54,982 nucleotides of DNA from Octopus bimaculoides. Taxonomy: Eukaryota. The notes under the pieces were generated by a model, which was not told where the DNA came from, searched no databases, and saw nothing but the letters and a program-made list of their open reading frames with translations. Position 1 is the stretch's first letter; each line of letters starts with the position of its first letter. Where the stretch lies: assembly GCF_001194135.2 (NCBI RefSeq), contig NC_068995.1, positions 9,627,051 to 9,682,032 on the forward strand. Reading direction: 5' to 3'. Made by a program: the position numbers and the translations under genes. Below are positions 1-11,131 of this stretch, one piece after another.

Positions 1-84
1 GATCGCATTTGCTGTGTTAATGACCTTCTCGTTACTGGCGATTACAGTGAAGATCCAGATCTCGATATTAACCTATGTGCCCGG
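1..84 (+). CDS. SNAPC3: SNAPC3 (SNAP50) internal coding exon, 5'-truncated by the window edge
   Basis: Frame 1 reads DRICCVNDLLVTGDYSEDPDLDINLCAR, then donor GTATGT at 85 (phase 0). Resembles the vertebrate SNAPC3 segment DSIRCVSDLQIGGEFS and joins in frame to the exon at 1825. Confidence 0.85.
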
Positions 85-151
85 GTATGTATCTCTCTCT
101 CTCTCTCGGCCATTTGTTGCTGACCCTTTCTTTTTACAGATAAGAACCTGT

Positions 152-345
152 TCTTTTATTTGCTTCAGTCCTTTGACTGTGGCCATGCTGGAGCACCGCC
201 TTTAGTCGAACAAGCCAACCCCAGGACCTATTCTTTGTAAGCCTAGTACTTATTCTATCGGTCTCTTTTGCCAAACCGATAAGTTACAGGGACGTAAACA
301 CACCAACATCGGTTGTCAAGCGATTGTGGGGGGACAAACATATAC
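152..345 (-). mobile_element. SINE family A, 3' half
   Basis: Reverse complement of the family A tail (…GAATAAGTACTAGGCTTACAAAGAATA…CTAAAGGCGGTGCTCCAGCATGGCCACAGTC…), seen more than 15 times in the window. Confidence 0.85.
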
Positions 346-1824
346 ATGTATATATATATATATACATACATCATCATCAGCATCATTGTTTAACGTCCGC
401 TTTCCATGCTAGCATAGGTTGGACGATTTGNNNNNNNNNNNNNNNNNNNNNNNNNNNNNNNNNNNNNNNNNNNNNNNNNNNNNNNNNNNNNNNNNNNNNN
501 NNNNNNNNNNNNNNNNNNNNNNNNNNNNNNNNNNNNNNNNNNNNNNNNNNNNNNNNNNNNNNNNNNNNNNNNNNNNNNNNNNNNNNNNNNNNNNNNNNNN
601 NNNNNNNNNNNNNNNNNNNNNNNNNNNNNNNNNNNNNNNNNNNNNNNNNNNNNNNNNNNNNNNNNNNNNNNNNNNNNNNNNNNNNNNNNNNNNNNNNNNN
701 NNNNNNNNNNNNNNNNNNNNNNNNNNNNNNNNNNNNNNNNNNNNNNNNNNNNNNNNNNNNNNNNNNNNNNNNNNNNNNNNNNNNNNNNNNNNNNNNNNNN
801 NNNNNNNNNNNNNNNNNNNNNNNNNNNNNNNNNNNNNNNNNNNNNNNNNNNNNNNNNNNNNNNNNNNNNNNNNNNNNNNNNNNNNNNNNNNNNNNNNNNN
901 NNNNNNNNNNNNNNNNNNNNNNNNNNNNNNNNNNNNNNNNNNNNNNNNNNNNNNNNNNNNNNNNNNNNNNNNNNNNNNNNNNNNNNNNNNNNNNNNNNNN
1001 NNNNNNNNNNNNNNNNNNNNNNNNNNNNNNNNNNNNNNNNNNNNNNNNNNNNNNNNNNNNNNNNNNNNNNNNNNNNNNNNNNNNNNNNNNNNNNNNNNNN
1101 NNNNNNNNNNNNNNNNNNNNNNNNNNNNNNNNNNNNNNNNNNNNNNNNNNNNNNNNNNNNNNNNNNNNNNNNNNNNNNNNNNNNNNNNNNNNNNNNNNNN
1201 NNNNNNNNNNNNNNNNNNNNNNNNNNNNNNNNNNNNNNNNNNNNNNNNNNNNNNNNNNNNNNNNNNNNNNNNNTCCCTGTATATTTATGATGATATATAT
1301 ATAGATAGATAGATAGATAGATATATGCATATATATATATAAAATGCACATTAAGTACAGGACATTTCCAGTGAGCGAAACGTATGTAAACACATGATGA
1401 GAGACATGTACGGATCAACTGTTAATTTCTCCCTATTTCCAGACTGGAACCTGGTGCAGCTCTCCGGCTTGCCTGTTCTAGTCAAACCATCTAACCCATG
1501 CCAGCATAGGAAGCAGCCACTAAATGATGTGCAGACCAGGGAGACAAGCACATCATCGACCACAACTACTTCCCTTTATTATTATTATTTTTATTAATTA
1601 TTATTATTATTGATGATGAAGAAGCAGAAAACAGGACGGTCAGGGTTAGAATATTTGTGATTATAATTCTGCTTGATCAGGGCTGAGCTAGAGTTAAACA
1701 AAAACCCTACCATAAAGGTCCTCCACCCTTGGGTCTTATTTACTTCCGGCTTCCCTAGAATTACAATCTTCATCTCTAGAGACAGGGAGTCACCATTGCT
1801 CATCTTCATCTTCTTCTGTTCCAG

Positions 1825-1907
1825 GATATTTTCAAGTCTGGATATTTCTTCATTGAAGACATCTTTTATGATGACACAAGACATGCTGACAGTCCAAAAT
1901 ATAGCGA
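1825..1907 (+). CDS. SNAPC3: SNAPC3 coding exon
   Basis: Acceptor ttctgttccag, reads DIFKSGYFFIEDIFYDDTRHADSPKYS(D), donor GTAAGT (phase 0 to 2). Matches the SNAPC3 motif KSAFFYFEGTFYND. Confidence 0.92.
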
Positions 1908-2084
1908 GTAAGTATATGTATGTGTGTGTGTGTGTGTAAGATGGTTGGTGTTTGGAAGAACATCCTGCCATCAAAACCATTCCAAAACAGACAGTGAAGC
2001 CTGGTGGTCTTCCGCCGAGCTAGCACCTGCCAAACTGTTCACCCCATGGAAGGCTGATGATGATGAGGATGATTTGGTCTTTTA

Positions 2085-2435
2085 TCTTTTAATTGTTTCA
2101 GTCATTAGACTGTGGCCATGTTGGGGCACCGCCTTGAAGAATTCCAGTTGAGCAAATTAACCCCAGTACTTTTTTTTTTTTTAATCCTGGTACTTCTATC
2201 AGTTCCTTTTGCTGAACCACTAAGTTATGGGGGACATAAACATATCAACACTGGTTATCAGATACAAAGACACGCACACCCACACATATGTGTGTGTGTG
2301 CAATGAGCTTCTTTCAGTTTTCATCTACCAAATCCACTCACAGGACTGGCCAGCCCTAGGTTATAATAGAAGACACTTGCCCAAGGTGCCATGCTGCAGG
2401 ACTGAATCTGGAACCATGGATTCAGAAGCAAAATC
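2085..2435 (-). mobile_element. SINE family A, near full length, diverged
   Basis: Tail, central (CA/TG)n and head segments in family A order. Confidence 0.8.
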
Positions 2436-2514
2436 TTTATTACAATACTCTGTTTCTCTGCATCACCACCATCATTGTTGTGTGTGTATGACAAAGGTAA
2501 GACATCATTCTTCG

Positions 2515-2690
2515 TCATCATCGTTTAGCATGTTTTCCATACTGGCATGGCTTAGGTTCTTTGACTGGAACTGGTAAGCTGAAGAGTTGCACCAGGCCCG
2601 AGCCTGCTTTTGGCATGGTTTCTATGGCTGGATGCCCTTCCTAATGCCAGCCACTCCTTAGAGTGTACCGTCTACCTTTAATGTATTTCC
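2515..2690 (-). mobile_element. SINE-like family B copy
   Basis: Starts with the (TCA)n tail complement and contains CTGGATGCCCTTCCTAATGCCAGCCACTCC, the complement of the family B core. Confidence 0.8.
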
Positions 2691-2699
2691 AGCACAGGT

Positions 2700-3006
2700 G
2701 CCTTTTAGCACCATCTGAACGTGGTTGATGCCAGCCCCACCACCCCGCCTGGCTCCTGTGCCGGTAGCACATAAAAAGCACCATCCAAACGTGGCCAATG
2801 CCAGTACCGCCTGACTGGCTCTCGTGCCAGTGGCTTGCAAAAAGCACCCGCTACACTCTCGGAGTGGTTGGCTTTAGGAAGGGCATCCAGCTGTAGAAAC
2901 ATTACCAGATCAGATTGGAGCCTGGTGCGGCCTCCTGGCTTGCTAGTCCCCGGTCAAACTGCCTAACCCATGCCAGCATGGAAAACGGACGTTAAACGAT
3001 GATGAT
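2700..3006 (+). mobile_element. SINE-like family B copy with tandemly repeated head units
   Basis: Core GGAGTGGTTGGCTTTAGGAAGGGCATCCAGCTGTAGAAAC and tail ATGGAAAACGGACGTTAAACGATGATGAT, preceded by two ~65-70 bp repeated units. Confidence 0.85.
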
Positions 3007-3247
3007 CAATGAGTCTCAACCCTTTTTTGCCTATGAACCCTTTTGATTCCTATTTTACTATTCTGGACCCTAATAAACATTCAATGTTTAATAAAGTCCC
3101 ATTATATTCTTGAAATTAAATATTATTAGGAATTTTATAAAAATTGTTAAAATTCTTTGTGTATTGGCGAAGTATAACCAATTTATTGAACAGCAAAATC
3201 TTATTTGGACCCACAAGAGCCATATGGACCTTGGTTGGGAATCACTG
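3007..3247. mobile_element. Degenerate hAT-type MITE
   Basis: Imperfect terminal inverted repeats CAATGAGTCTCAACC and GGTTGGGAATCACTG (11/15 match), resembling CAGTGGTTCCCAACC hAT ends. No TSD recovered. Confidence 0.55.
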
Positions 3248-3366
3248 GTTTATATGGTGAAGGCATGTGATGGTTAGGCGGGCAGAGGATGTTTCTTTGT
3301 ATGCATTTTTATTAATTTAGTTTGTGTGCATATATACACACATACATATATATACTTTTTTTACAG

Positions 3367-3522
3367 TGAAGTAATTGCATGGGCAGCCAAATCAGGGACC
3401 CATTACAAAAGTCTGCCAATGGAAGACACCAAGTTCAGTGACCTCAGCTTAAGGATTGGTTACCCTTTTGTCTACATGCACCAGGGTAACTGTGAACACC
3501 TGCTTGTGGTGTCTGATATACG
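3367..3522 (+). CDS. SNAPC3: SNAPC3 coding exon (HQGxCEH zinc-ligand motif)
   Basis: Acceptor ttttttacag, reads EVIAWAAKSGTHYKSLPMEDTKFSDLSLRIGYPFVYMHQGNCEHLLVVSDIR, donor GTGAGT (phase 2 to 2). HQGxCEH is diagnostic of SNAPC3. Confidence 0.95.
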
Positions 3523-4095
3523 GTGAGTAAAACTATCCTTTGATATAACCATATAATCCCTCTTAATCATTTCAAAACCAACCCCTAATCTAGTCTTGGG
3601 TAAGAAACTCAGCTACATCTACTGGTGAAGCTGTGACTCAGGTATTCTCTATGATATCAACCCCTTTTGTTTTAAAACATTTAAATTTATTTACATCATA
3701 AGAATTTGTAAAATTTGTTTTCCAACCACATGGTTCCAGATTCAGTCCCACTACATGGCACCTTGTGCGAGTGTCTTCTATTATAGCCTTGAGCCAACCA
3801 AAGCCTTGTGAGTGGATTTGGTAGACGGAAACTGAAAGAAGTCTGTCTTATATATATATATATATATATGTAGGACAGACTTCAGAGCAATTCTTGGCCG
3901 CAATCAAATAACTGAAACAAATAAAAGAAGATAATATATATATGGAGACTAAACAATTGCTCTAAACGCTTACAAGTGGTGATGATGATGATGATGGTGT
4001 AAAACAAGGTGGCATATTAGTACCGTGTCTTTTTTAAAAAGAAATAATAAGGGAAAATGACCAAACTTGTACTCTTGTTTTCTTCTTCTTTGCAG

Positions 4096-4203
4096 CATGC
4101 TGCATCCTCACGACAGCTTCAATATACTCGATTATCCTTACTTAGTGAAACGGCCAAGCAAGAAACGAACCATTTGCAGGATTTGTGCTTTTGATTCCGC
4201 AAG
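4096..4203 (+). CDS. SNAPC3: SNAPC3 coding exon (first CxxC)
   Basis: Acceptor cttctttgcag, reads MLHPHDSFNILDYPYLVKRPSKKRTICRICAFDSAR, donor GTAATT (phase 2 to 2). Confidence 0.93.
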
Positions 4204-5182
4204 GTAATTTTTCTTTGTTTTTCTTATTTTTGTTTTCACATGTGCTGGGGACACATGAAAAACAACATTCGAGCGTGGTCATTGTCAGTGCCGCCGAACT
4301 GGCTCCCTTGCAGGTAGCACGTAAAAACACCTTTTGAGCATGGTCGTTGTCAGAACCACCCGACTGGCCCTCGTGCCGGTGGCACGTAAAAGCACCCACT
4401 ACACTCTCAGAGTGATTGGCATTACGAATTTCAGCAGTTTATACTTGAGTATCATTTCTTTGTCTGGATGTTTTGCATTCTTGTATCCTTTATATATAAA
4501 TATATATATATGCGTGCATAATGACAGTGTGACTTCTATCCATCATATCAAATGCTTGGTGCATCTGATCAGATGGGCGTGTCCTACATGCCCATGAAAC
4601 TTTAAATCATGTGGAACCAAGTCACGCTGTTATTAAAAATGTACCTCTTATCAAATGTGTTGAGTGTACTTTCTTTCATTTGTTCACTCAATGTGTGTGT
4701 GTTTACACAGACACACATACATATTCTTGGGCTTCTGCACAGTTACCAACTTCCAAATTCTACTTGAAAGCTAGTGGTCAAACTGAGACTGTCTTCATAA
4801 GGTTATGCAATTGACATGGTTATCAAGGAGATTCAGCGTGACGAGGCTGGCCCTTTGATTTACACATACAACTCATTTTCACCAGGTGACTGGACTGGAG
4901 CAATGTGGAATAAAGTGTCTTGCTCAAGGATACAATGTGCCACCAAGAATTGAACTGCTGGCCTTATGATTGTGAGCTGAATATCCCTACCAACTAAGCC
5001 ATGCACTTTCACACAAACTGCATGATTAATTCAGAACAATGTGAATAAACATAATATTTGACGGAGAAATCTGAAAGGTAAAGGGTTAAACAATGACGGT
5101 ATTCACAGTCATTGGACACGCATACAAAATATTAACATCGCATATGGATTTACATTTTGTATCCTTTATAATCTCTTTCCAG

Positions 5183-5330
5183 ATGGATGACGGAGGGAAG
5201 TGTTAATTCTTTAGAAGATCCATCATTTTACTGTCAAGTGTGTTTTCGATCGATACATTATGATCAAAATGGCAAGAAAATTGGAAACTTTAAAGCCTAC
5301 AAATATTTTGATTCTCACACGGTTTTATAA
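5183..5330 (+). CDS. SNAPC3: SNAPC3 last coding exon
   Basis: Acceptor ctctttccag, reads WMTEGSVNSLEDPSFYCQVCFRSIHYDQNGKKIGNFKAYKYFDSHTVL then TAA. Matches the SNAPC3 C-terminus ([21 protein letters not shown]). Confidence 0.95.
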
Positions 5331-5335
5331 ATAAA
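5330..5335 (+). terminator. Candidate SNAPC3 polyadenylation signal overlapping the stop codon
   Basis: AATAAA at 5330-5335 shares a base with the TAA stop and is followed by a T-rich tract (5340-5400). Confidence 0.45.
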
Positions 5336-5404
5336 AATAATTTTTTTTTTATTGATCTTTTGTTTTCTAGAAAAGTTTGTTTGTTTTTTTTTATTATGTA
5401 TATA

Positions 5405-5668
5405 TACTCTTTTACTTGTTTCTGTCATTTGACTGCGGCCATGCTGGAGCACCGCATTTAGTCGAGCAAATCGACTCCAGGACTTATTCTTTGTAAGCNN
5501 NNNNNNNNGAGCAAATCGACTCCAGGACTTATTCTTTGTAAGCCTAGTACTTATTCTATCGGTCTCTTTTTGCCGAACCGCTAAGTTACAGGGATGTAAA
5601 CACACCAGTATTGGTTGTCAAGCAATGTTGGGAGGGACAAACATATATATACATATATAAGACGGGCA
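5405..5668 (-). mobile_element. SINE family A, 3' part
   Basis: Family A tail complement, interrupted by a 10-N gap with duplicated flanks. Confidence 0.85.
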
Positions 5669-6478
5669 CTCTCCATTTTCTACAATGCTCTTCCATCTGT
5701 CTGGTAGACTTGCAAGGCCCCTCTTCCAAAATTCACTTGTCCGTCATGAAAAATACTCCTCCAGTACAGTTTTGACCTCGTCTACAGAATTCATATTTTT
5801 TCCGTCCAAATTAATTTGAAGACTGCGGAATAAATGATAATCAGAAGGGGTGATGTCCAGCGAATATGGTGGGTGGGGGCATTGTTTCCCATTCAAACTG
5901 CTCCAGCCTTTGGAATGTCATCCTCGCTGTATGTGGCCGAGCATTATCCTGATGGAAGAACACCTTTTGTCTTGAAACCAAAGATGGTCATTTTCCTTCT
6001 AGCACTGACTTGAATGAGTGTTTGCGTAACCAAATCCAAGCTTCTCTGATGGGATTTTGTCCTACCAGGGTTTGCAGGGTGTCCTTGTTGAGCTCTACAG
6101 ATCTTTCAGGACAAAGCCCATCTTCTAGGCTGTAGTTTTCGGCCCGGAATTTCTGGAACGACTGTTAACACTGGCTTATGCTTATTGTCTGATCCCCATA
6201 TACTGCATTAATATTCCTTGCACTTTCCGTTGTGTTGTTGCCTTTACTGAAGTCATAAAGCAAAATATGCCAAATATGCTCCTCTGTCACTTTCATTATA
6301 ACTTTGAAAAAATAACTGTTAAAACTGAACTGCACTCTTCAAAACTTACACTAAGAATAAAGACAAAGTAAAATTACTCCCTGCTTTTATAGCAAGTTGA
6401 TGCAGGTAGTTTATCCCATCCCGCACCAACTTTTAGTTCATGCAATTGAAAAAGCCACATTGCTTATGGGATGACCCA

Positions 6479-6481
<3 letters not shown>
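5669..6481 (-). mobile_element. Decayed, internally deleted mariner (Tc1/mariner) DNA transposon
   Basis: Minus strand reads VFFHQDNARPHTARMTFQRLEQFEWETMP(frameshift)HPPYSLDITPSDYHLFRSLQ...VLEEYFS*RTSEFWKRGLASLPDRWKSIV, containing mariner HxDNA and YSPD-like motifs. The 5' terminus TA|TTGGGTCATCCCATAAG lies at 6481-6463. The 3' end abuts a SINE. Confidence 0.9.
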
Positions 6482-6527
<46 letters not shown>

Positions 6528-7285
6528 AGTCACTGCACACTCAGGTGTGTGCACAAGTGAGTGTTTGTTTCCAACATTTTCTATCTTTTTTTATAAANNN
6601 NNNNNNNNNNNNNNNNNNNNNNNNNNNNNNNNNNNNNNNNNNNNNNNNNNNNNNNNNNNNNNNNNNNNNNNNNNNNNNNNNNNNNNNNNNNNNNNNNNNN
6701 NNNNNNNNNNNNNNNNNNNNNNNNNNNNNNNNNNNNNNNNNNNNNNNNNNNNNNNNNNNNNNNNNNNNNNNNNNNNNNNNNNNNNNNNNNNNNNNNNNNN
6801 NNNNNNNNNNNNNNNNNNNNNNNNNNNNNNNNNNNNNNNNNNNNNNNNNNNNNNNNNNNNNNNNNNNNNNNNNNNNNNNNNNNAGCATTCAAAATTTAAA
6901 GAATTTTGCACACAGAAAATAACATATCATTACTATCATCATCATCATCATTATAGTGTTGTTGAAAAGATGCAACAATATTCATAAATGTAAAATGTAG
7001 ACCTTTTCTTGTACACATACATACACATACACACACACACACACAGCTATCTTTGACCAAAAATTTCCAAAAGCCCATCTCCACAAAAAAAAAAAAAAAA
7101 AAAAAATCTTTCTTGGAGTTCCATAACCAAAAATCTTTATAATTATTTACAAGTTGGTCTGAAGTAACAAATCAAGATGGAATGGCCATTTGGGATTTCT
7201 GTTCTGTGTAGAGGACTTTCTTTTTGTGTGTGCGTGCGTGCATATGTGTTCTTCATGTCACAAGTGTTTCCTTCTAATTTAAATA

Positions 7286-7291
7286 TTTATT
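7286..7291 (-). terminator. Candidate CHAF1A polyadenylation signal
   Basis: AATAAA on the minus strand about 90 nt after the TGA at 7378. The position is plausible, but AT-rich sequence makes chance hits common. Confidence 0.3.
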
Positions 7292-7377
7292 TTAAATATA
7301 TATAGTTGTTTCAGGTTTTTTTTGTGTTTCTCCTTTTCATTGTTTTCCATTTTTTAAAAAAATTTTTTAAAGCCCCT

Positions 7378-8714
7378 TCACCCAGTGGTTGATTTTGGTT
7401 CCTCAACCATCTCCACGTCGGTAGAACTACAATTCTGCGGGGAAACGGAATGATCTGTAGCAGGCAAGATATTTGTCGATGTCTGTGGGTTTACCGACAT
7501 TTTGAAATCGGGAGTTATTTCGTCCTCCATGGGTCCCTTCACTGGCTCTAAATTTACACATCCCGGTTTGCCCTCAATACTTTCAGAAGTGCTGCTTGGC
7601 CTTACATCATTGCAATCCCCATTGACACTTAGTTTCGTTATACTGCTGTCACATTTGGTGCTTGGTTTCATATCATTAACGTTGCCACCTTCGCCTCTTG
7701 CCTCTTTCATTTCAATATTCTTACTTTCGCCGTTAGTCTTCAGTTCCACACTCTTACTATCAGTATTTGTTTTGGATTCACTGTTGTTATAATCCTCAGA
7801 GTCGTCTATAACGATGACACTGTCACACATCGAGCTGCTGTCTGCGTTCTTCAAAGACACAGATTTCTCCCTTCTCTGCTGCTCTGCTTTTACCGTACTC
7901 GGCAGAGCAGTTTTTTCTGAACTCTGTGGAGCTGCCTTTGTGAAATTCAAGATGGACATCTGGTCACGAGGTAAAGGCTTCTTAGCGGGTGATTTAGCAT
8001 TATCTTTGATATCGTTTATAACAACATTATCACCATTGTTGCTGTTGTTGTTGCTGCTACTACTACTATTGCTGCAGCTGACACTGTCGGCTACAGCAGC
8101 AACAGTTCGGACAGAGCTCAATTTATCAGATGTCTGGGCAAAGCTTAGTATGGACATCTGGTCACTAGGTGCAGGACGAGCAAGAGGCTTGTCATTACTT
8201 CCGCCTTTACCATTTGGTGTTTTTGCTTCAAGGGTCGTTGGTAATGACTGTAAGGAAATCTTCGTTGACTGCAAAATGGCAGCTGCTGCCATCTGTTCTT
8301 CTTGAGCTTTTATCTCAGATGTTTTGTCCTTCAGTGGCAAATCTTCAAGGCCATATTGTTTCCTAATATCATTGTGAACATACCAGCATATCTTGGAGTA
8401 ATCAACCCTTTTTTCTCTCACCGCTATCACTAATATCTTCTTTTCTAGCTGGCGTTTCGAGATGATAGAGTTTTCTTCCGGAGCATCTGTTTCGGTCACA
8501 GACGTGTTGGGAGTGCTGTTCTGTTTACAGACATCGCTTTTTTCGCCTGGGGTGCCAGGTGTGATGTCGCTGCTTGATTCCGTCTTTGACTCCTCTTGGG
8601 CCACTTTGGCAACCATATTAGCATGTTTCGTGTTCCAGTAAGATTGGAATTCAACGACGAGCTTCTTGATGCCGGTACGACTTCCGTGGACAAACTTGAT
8701 CAAATCTGGAAGAG
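7378..8714 (-). CDS. CHAF1A: CHAF1A last exon (exon 15): winged-helix domain plus long C-terminal tail
   Basis: Acceptor tatgttgcag (phase 1). Reads LPDLIKFVHGSRTGIKKLVVEFQSYW...ISKRQLEKKILVIAVREKRVDYSKICWYVHNDIRKQYGL, matching the p150 WHD (YEKRPDFRMCWYVH). TGA at 7378-7380. Confidence 0.93.
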
Positions 8715-9569
8715 CTGCAACATAAACAAGAACATCAATTAGCAATGTCATCATCACCACTTCTCTCATCATCATCATCATTCATACCATCACAATCATC
8801 ACTGCAACTACCATCGGTTCCCACCGTCTTTACAACACTATCAACTACACAAATGTTATTATTTCTAAGACCTTCTTTCACCACAACCACCACTACAACC
8901 GTTGTCGCTGACACTGCCACCACCATACACCAGACCCATCAATCAGATTTTCTGATGGTATCTGGGAATAAGAACGGTCAAGTGAATCAATGTTAGTCGG
9001 GGGGTTAAGGAATGAGGAAAGAGGCTGCGGTAGAGCAGGTTCTTGTTGCGGAGGAGCTACCTGGCTACTCACATTTATGAGGAGTGAGATTGAATTGGTG
9101 GTTTGTGTGTGCGTGTCTATATATGCATACGTACAATCTTGGCTAAAAGTTTGGAACGTTGGTCTGAAAATTAGAATTTTTATATTAAGTGTCAAAGTTA
9201 TATTTAATATATAACAGACCATTGGGTCTGTGTTGCATATATTTGAATCAAATCGTAATTTGGCATAATAATTTTAATTTTAAAAAAAGTGTTCCAAACT
9301 TTAAGCCATGACTGATATATATATATATAAGAAGCTAAAGCTTCTTTTAGACTTACAATCTACACAGCAACCTCAACAGTACTCATGACACAAAAATGCA
9401 CCTGGTACACACTGTGAAGTGGTTGGTGTTAAAAAGGGTTTAGGGTCACGGAAACCATGAACACTGGAGCACAATGCTGTCCTTGGACCCATCAGTTCCA
9501 GATCAAACTGTCCAATCCATCCATGCCAACACATGTTAAATGATGATAAAGACATTTCTAGATACATAC

Positions 9570-9690
9570 CTTCTTCTGGAACAACACGTTTCTTCAGGTT
9601 ATTCCCAGACTTGTTCTCCGTCGGATCCACTTCTTTCAGGGCTCTATTATGGGATGTAGCAATTGGCATTTCTCCATTTATGATGGTCAC
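9570..9690 (-). CDS. CHAF1A: CHAF1A exon 14
   Basis: Acceptor ttttttgctag, reads VTIINGEMPIATSHNRALKEVDPTENKSGNNLKKRVVPEE, donor GTATGT (phase 0 to 1). Compatible with both neighbours. Confidence 0.88.
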
Positions 9691-9933
9691 CTAGCAAAAA
9701 AGGAACAATAAATTATATTCTCTAATAATTGGTCCCAGGCGTTGGTCTGCGACGGTGTTGGGTTATTAATGCCCCCAAGGGATCTGGTTGATTATATTGA
9801 CCCTAGCCACCATTTTAGTATTAAATTCATCAATCTTTATTCAATGCCAAAAATCAGATTTCTAGCATAAAACAATCTAACTTAAAAAGTTACATTTGAT
9901 TTGCATACACACACACACATAAACATACATGCA

Positions 9934-9971
<38 letters not shown>

Positions 9972-10300
9972 CAAAATACCTCTGGATATCCTTGTTGCTT
10001 ATTTTGATTTTAATCAATTTATTTTGAAATTGTATGGATAATACTGCACTAAATTCTGGTGCCTCAACTTAAGTACCATATTCACCTGAATCTAAATTTT
10101 TATATATATATAGTTTCTTTTACTCTTAAATTTGTTTCAGTCATTTGATTGTTGCAATGCCGGAGCACTGCGTTTAGTCGAACAAATCGACCCCAGGACT
10201 CGTTTTTAATCCTAGTACTTATTCTATCAGTCACTTTTGCCAAACCACGAGGTCACAGGGAACAAACACAAAGACACACACAGGTACATACAAGTGTGTG

Positions 10301-10366
<66 letters not shown>

Positions 10367-10489
10367 TATACTTGTATAGATAAGTGTTTTAGGTTTGTTC
10401 TCTGGCTAAGTAGATGGTCAAGTCTTTTACATTTCAAGCATACACTCTTCTACAGAAAGAAAATAAAACCAGACTTCTACGATACAGAC

Positions 10490-10645
10490 CCTGTATTCAT
10501 TGAATATATTAGCATCATTCTTTGCAGATCCATCCCATATACAGCCAATGTATTCTGGTTTGTGAGGCAGACCTTGCTGGTTTCTCTGGCTCTCCCATTT
10601 TTCAGCATTGGCAGCTCGGCGGGCCTTCAATATTTCAGGGGTCAC
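10490..10645 (-). CDS. CHAF1A: CHAF1A exon 13 (3' boundary slightly uncertain)
   Basis: Acceptor ctgcag, reads VTPEILKARRAANAEKWESQRNQQGLPHKPEYIGCIWDGSAKNDANIFNEYR. IGCIW matches p150 IGCVW. The best phase-0 donor is AGG|GTCTGT; alternatives end the exon at 10481 or 10475. Confidence 0.8.
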
Positions 10646-11023
10646 CTGCAGTTAATTGAGGAAATGAAATAAAAGGGAGTTAAAAGCACAAAAGTTTATT
10701 ACTAAATAACTGGAAGATACAGAACAAGTGAAGTTTACAAATGAAAATGTTGAACATGCGGAGAGCTATTCTTCCATTAATTATATCATCAGCATCACAA
10801 TTTTAATTCTTTTACTTGTTTCAGTCATTTGACTGCGGCCATGCTGGAGCACCGCCTTTAGTCACACAAATCAACCCCAGAACTTATTCTTTGTAAGCCT
10901 AGAATGTTAAACATCAATAATATGAACAAAGACGGAATGGTAAGCAGAGGGAAATGGGTTTGTGAACTTTTGTTTTTCTCTTAGGGACTTCAAGGTAGAC
11001 ATAGACACCAACATAAAATGTAC

Positions 11024-11131
11024 CTCATCATCTTCAACACAGCCTTCCCCTTCAGACAAATAGCCATGAGGTACCATCCAGCCATCTTCTTCATCTTCAT
11101 CATCTTCTTTGTCGTCTTTCTCTTCCTCTTC
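11024..11131 (-). CDS. CHAF1A: CHAF1A exon 12 (ED domain)
   Basis: Acceptor ccgctttag, reads EEEEKDDKEDDEDEEDGWMVPHGYLSEGEGCVEDDE, donor GTACAT. VPHGYLSExEG is diagnostic of CAF-1 p150/Cac1. Confidence 0.95.

Noticed and set aside
324-1418. Long ORFs spanning N runs (also 6440-6987, 17158-17643, 35839-37009, 42335-42781)
   Set aside because: They are open only because N codons cannot be stops, so they carry no coding evidence.
2700-2850. Repeat-spacer-like units suggesting a CRISPR array
   Set aside because: Eukaryotic context, units are imperfect tandem SINE head repeats without unique spacers, and there are no cas genes.
2797-2900. HDV-like ribozyme fold in family B (CAC-7nt-GTG as P3/L3, GATGCCAG/TTGGCRTT as P1, UCU/AG as P1.1)
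   Set aside because: P2 cannot be extended beyond 3 bp, J4/2 lacks the conserved adenosines, the putative P1 strand pairs better locally, and a simple 5-bp triloop hairpin explains the conservation.
5464-5543. 35-bp direct duplication
   Set aside because: The two copies flank a 10-N gap exactly, which indicates an unmerged contig overlap artefact.
7502-8366. Plus-strand ORFs over CHAF1A exon 15 (and 20120-20706 over exon 3)
   Set aside because: Antisense shadows of a real coding exon, with no independent signal.
8715-8781. MMMMMREVV… as the start of a 467-aa single-exon gene
   Set aside because: It is intronic (GAT)n sequence upstream of the true acceptor at 8715-8716. Likewise, the start of ORF 19924-21114 lies in an intronic MITE.
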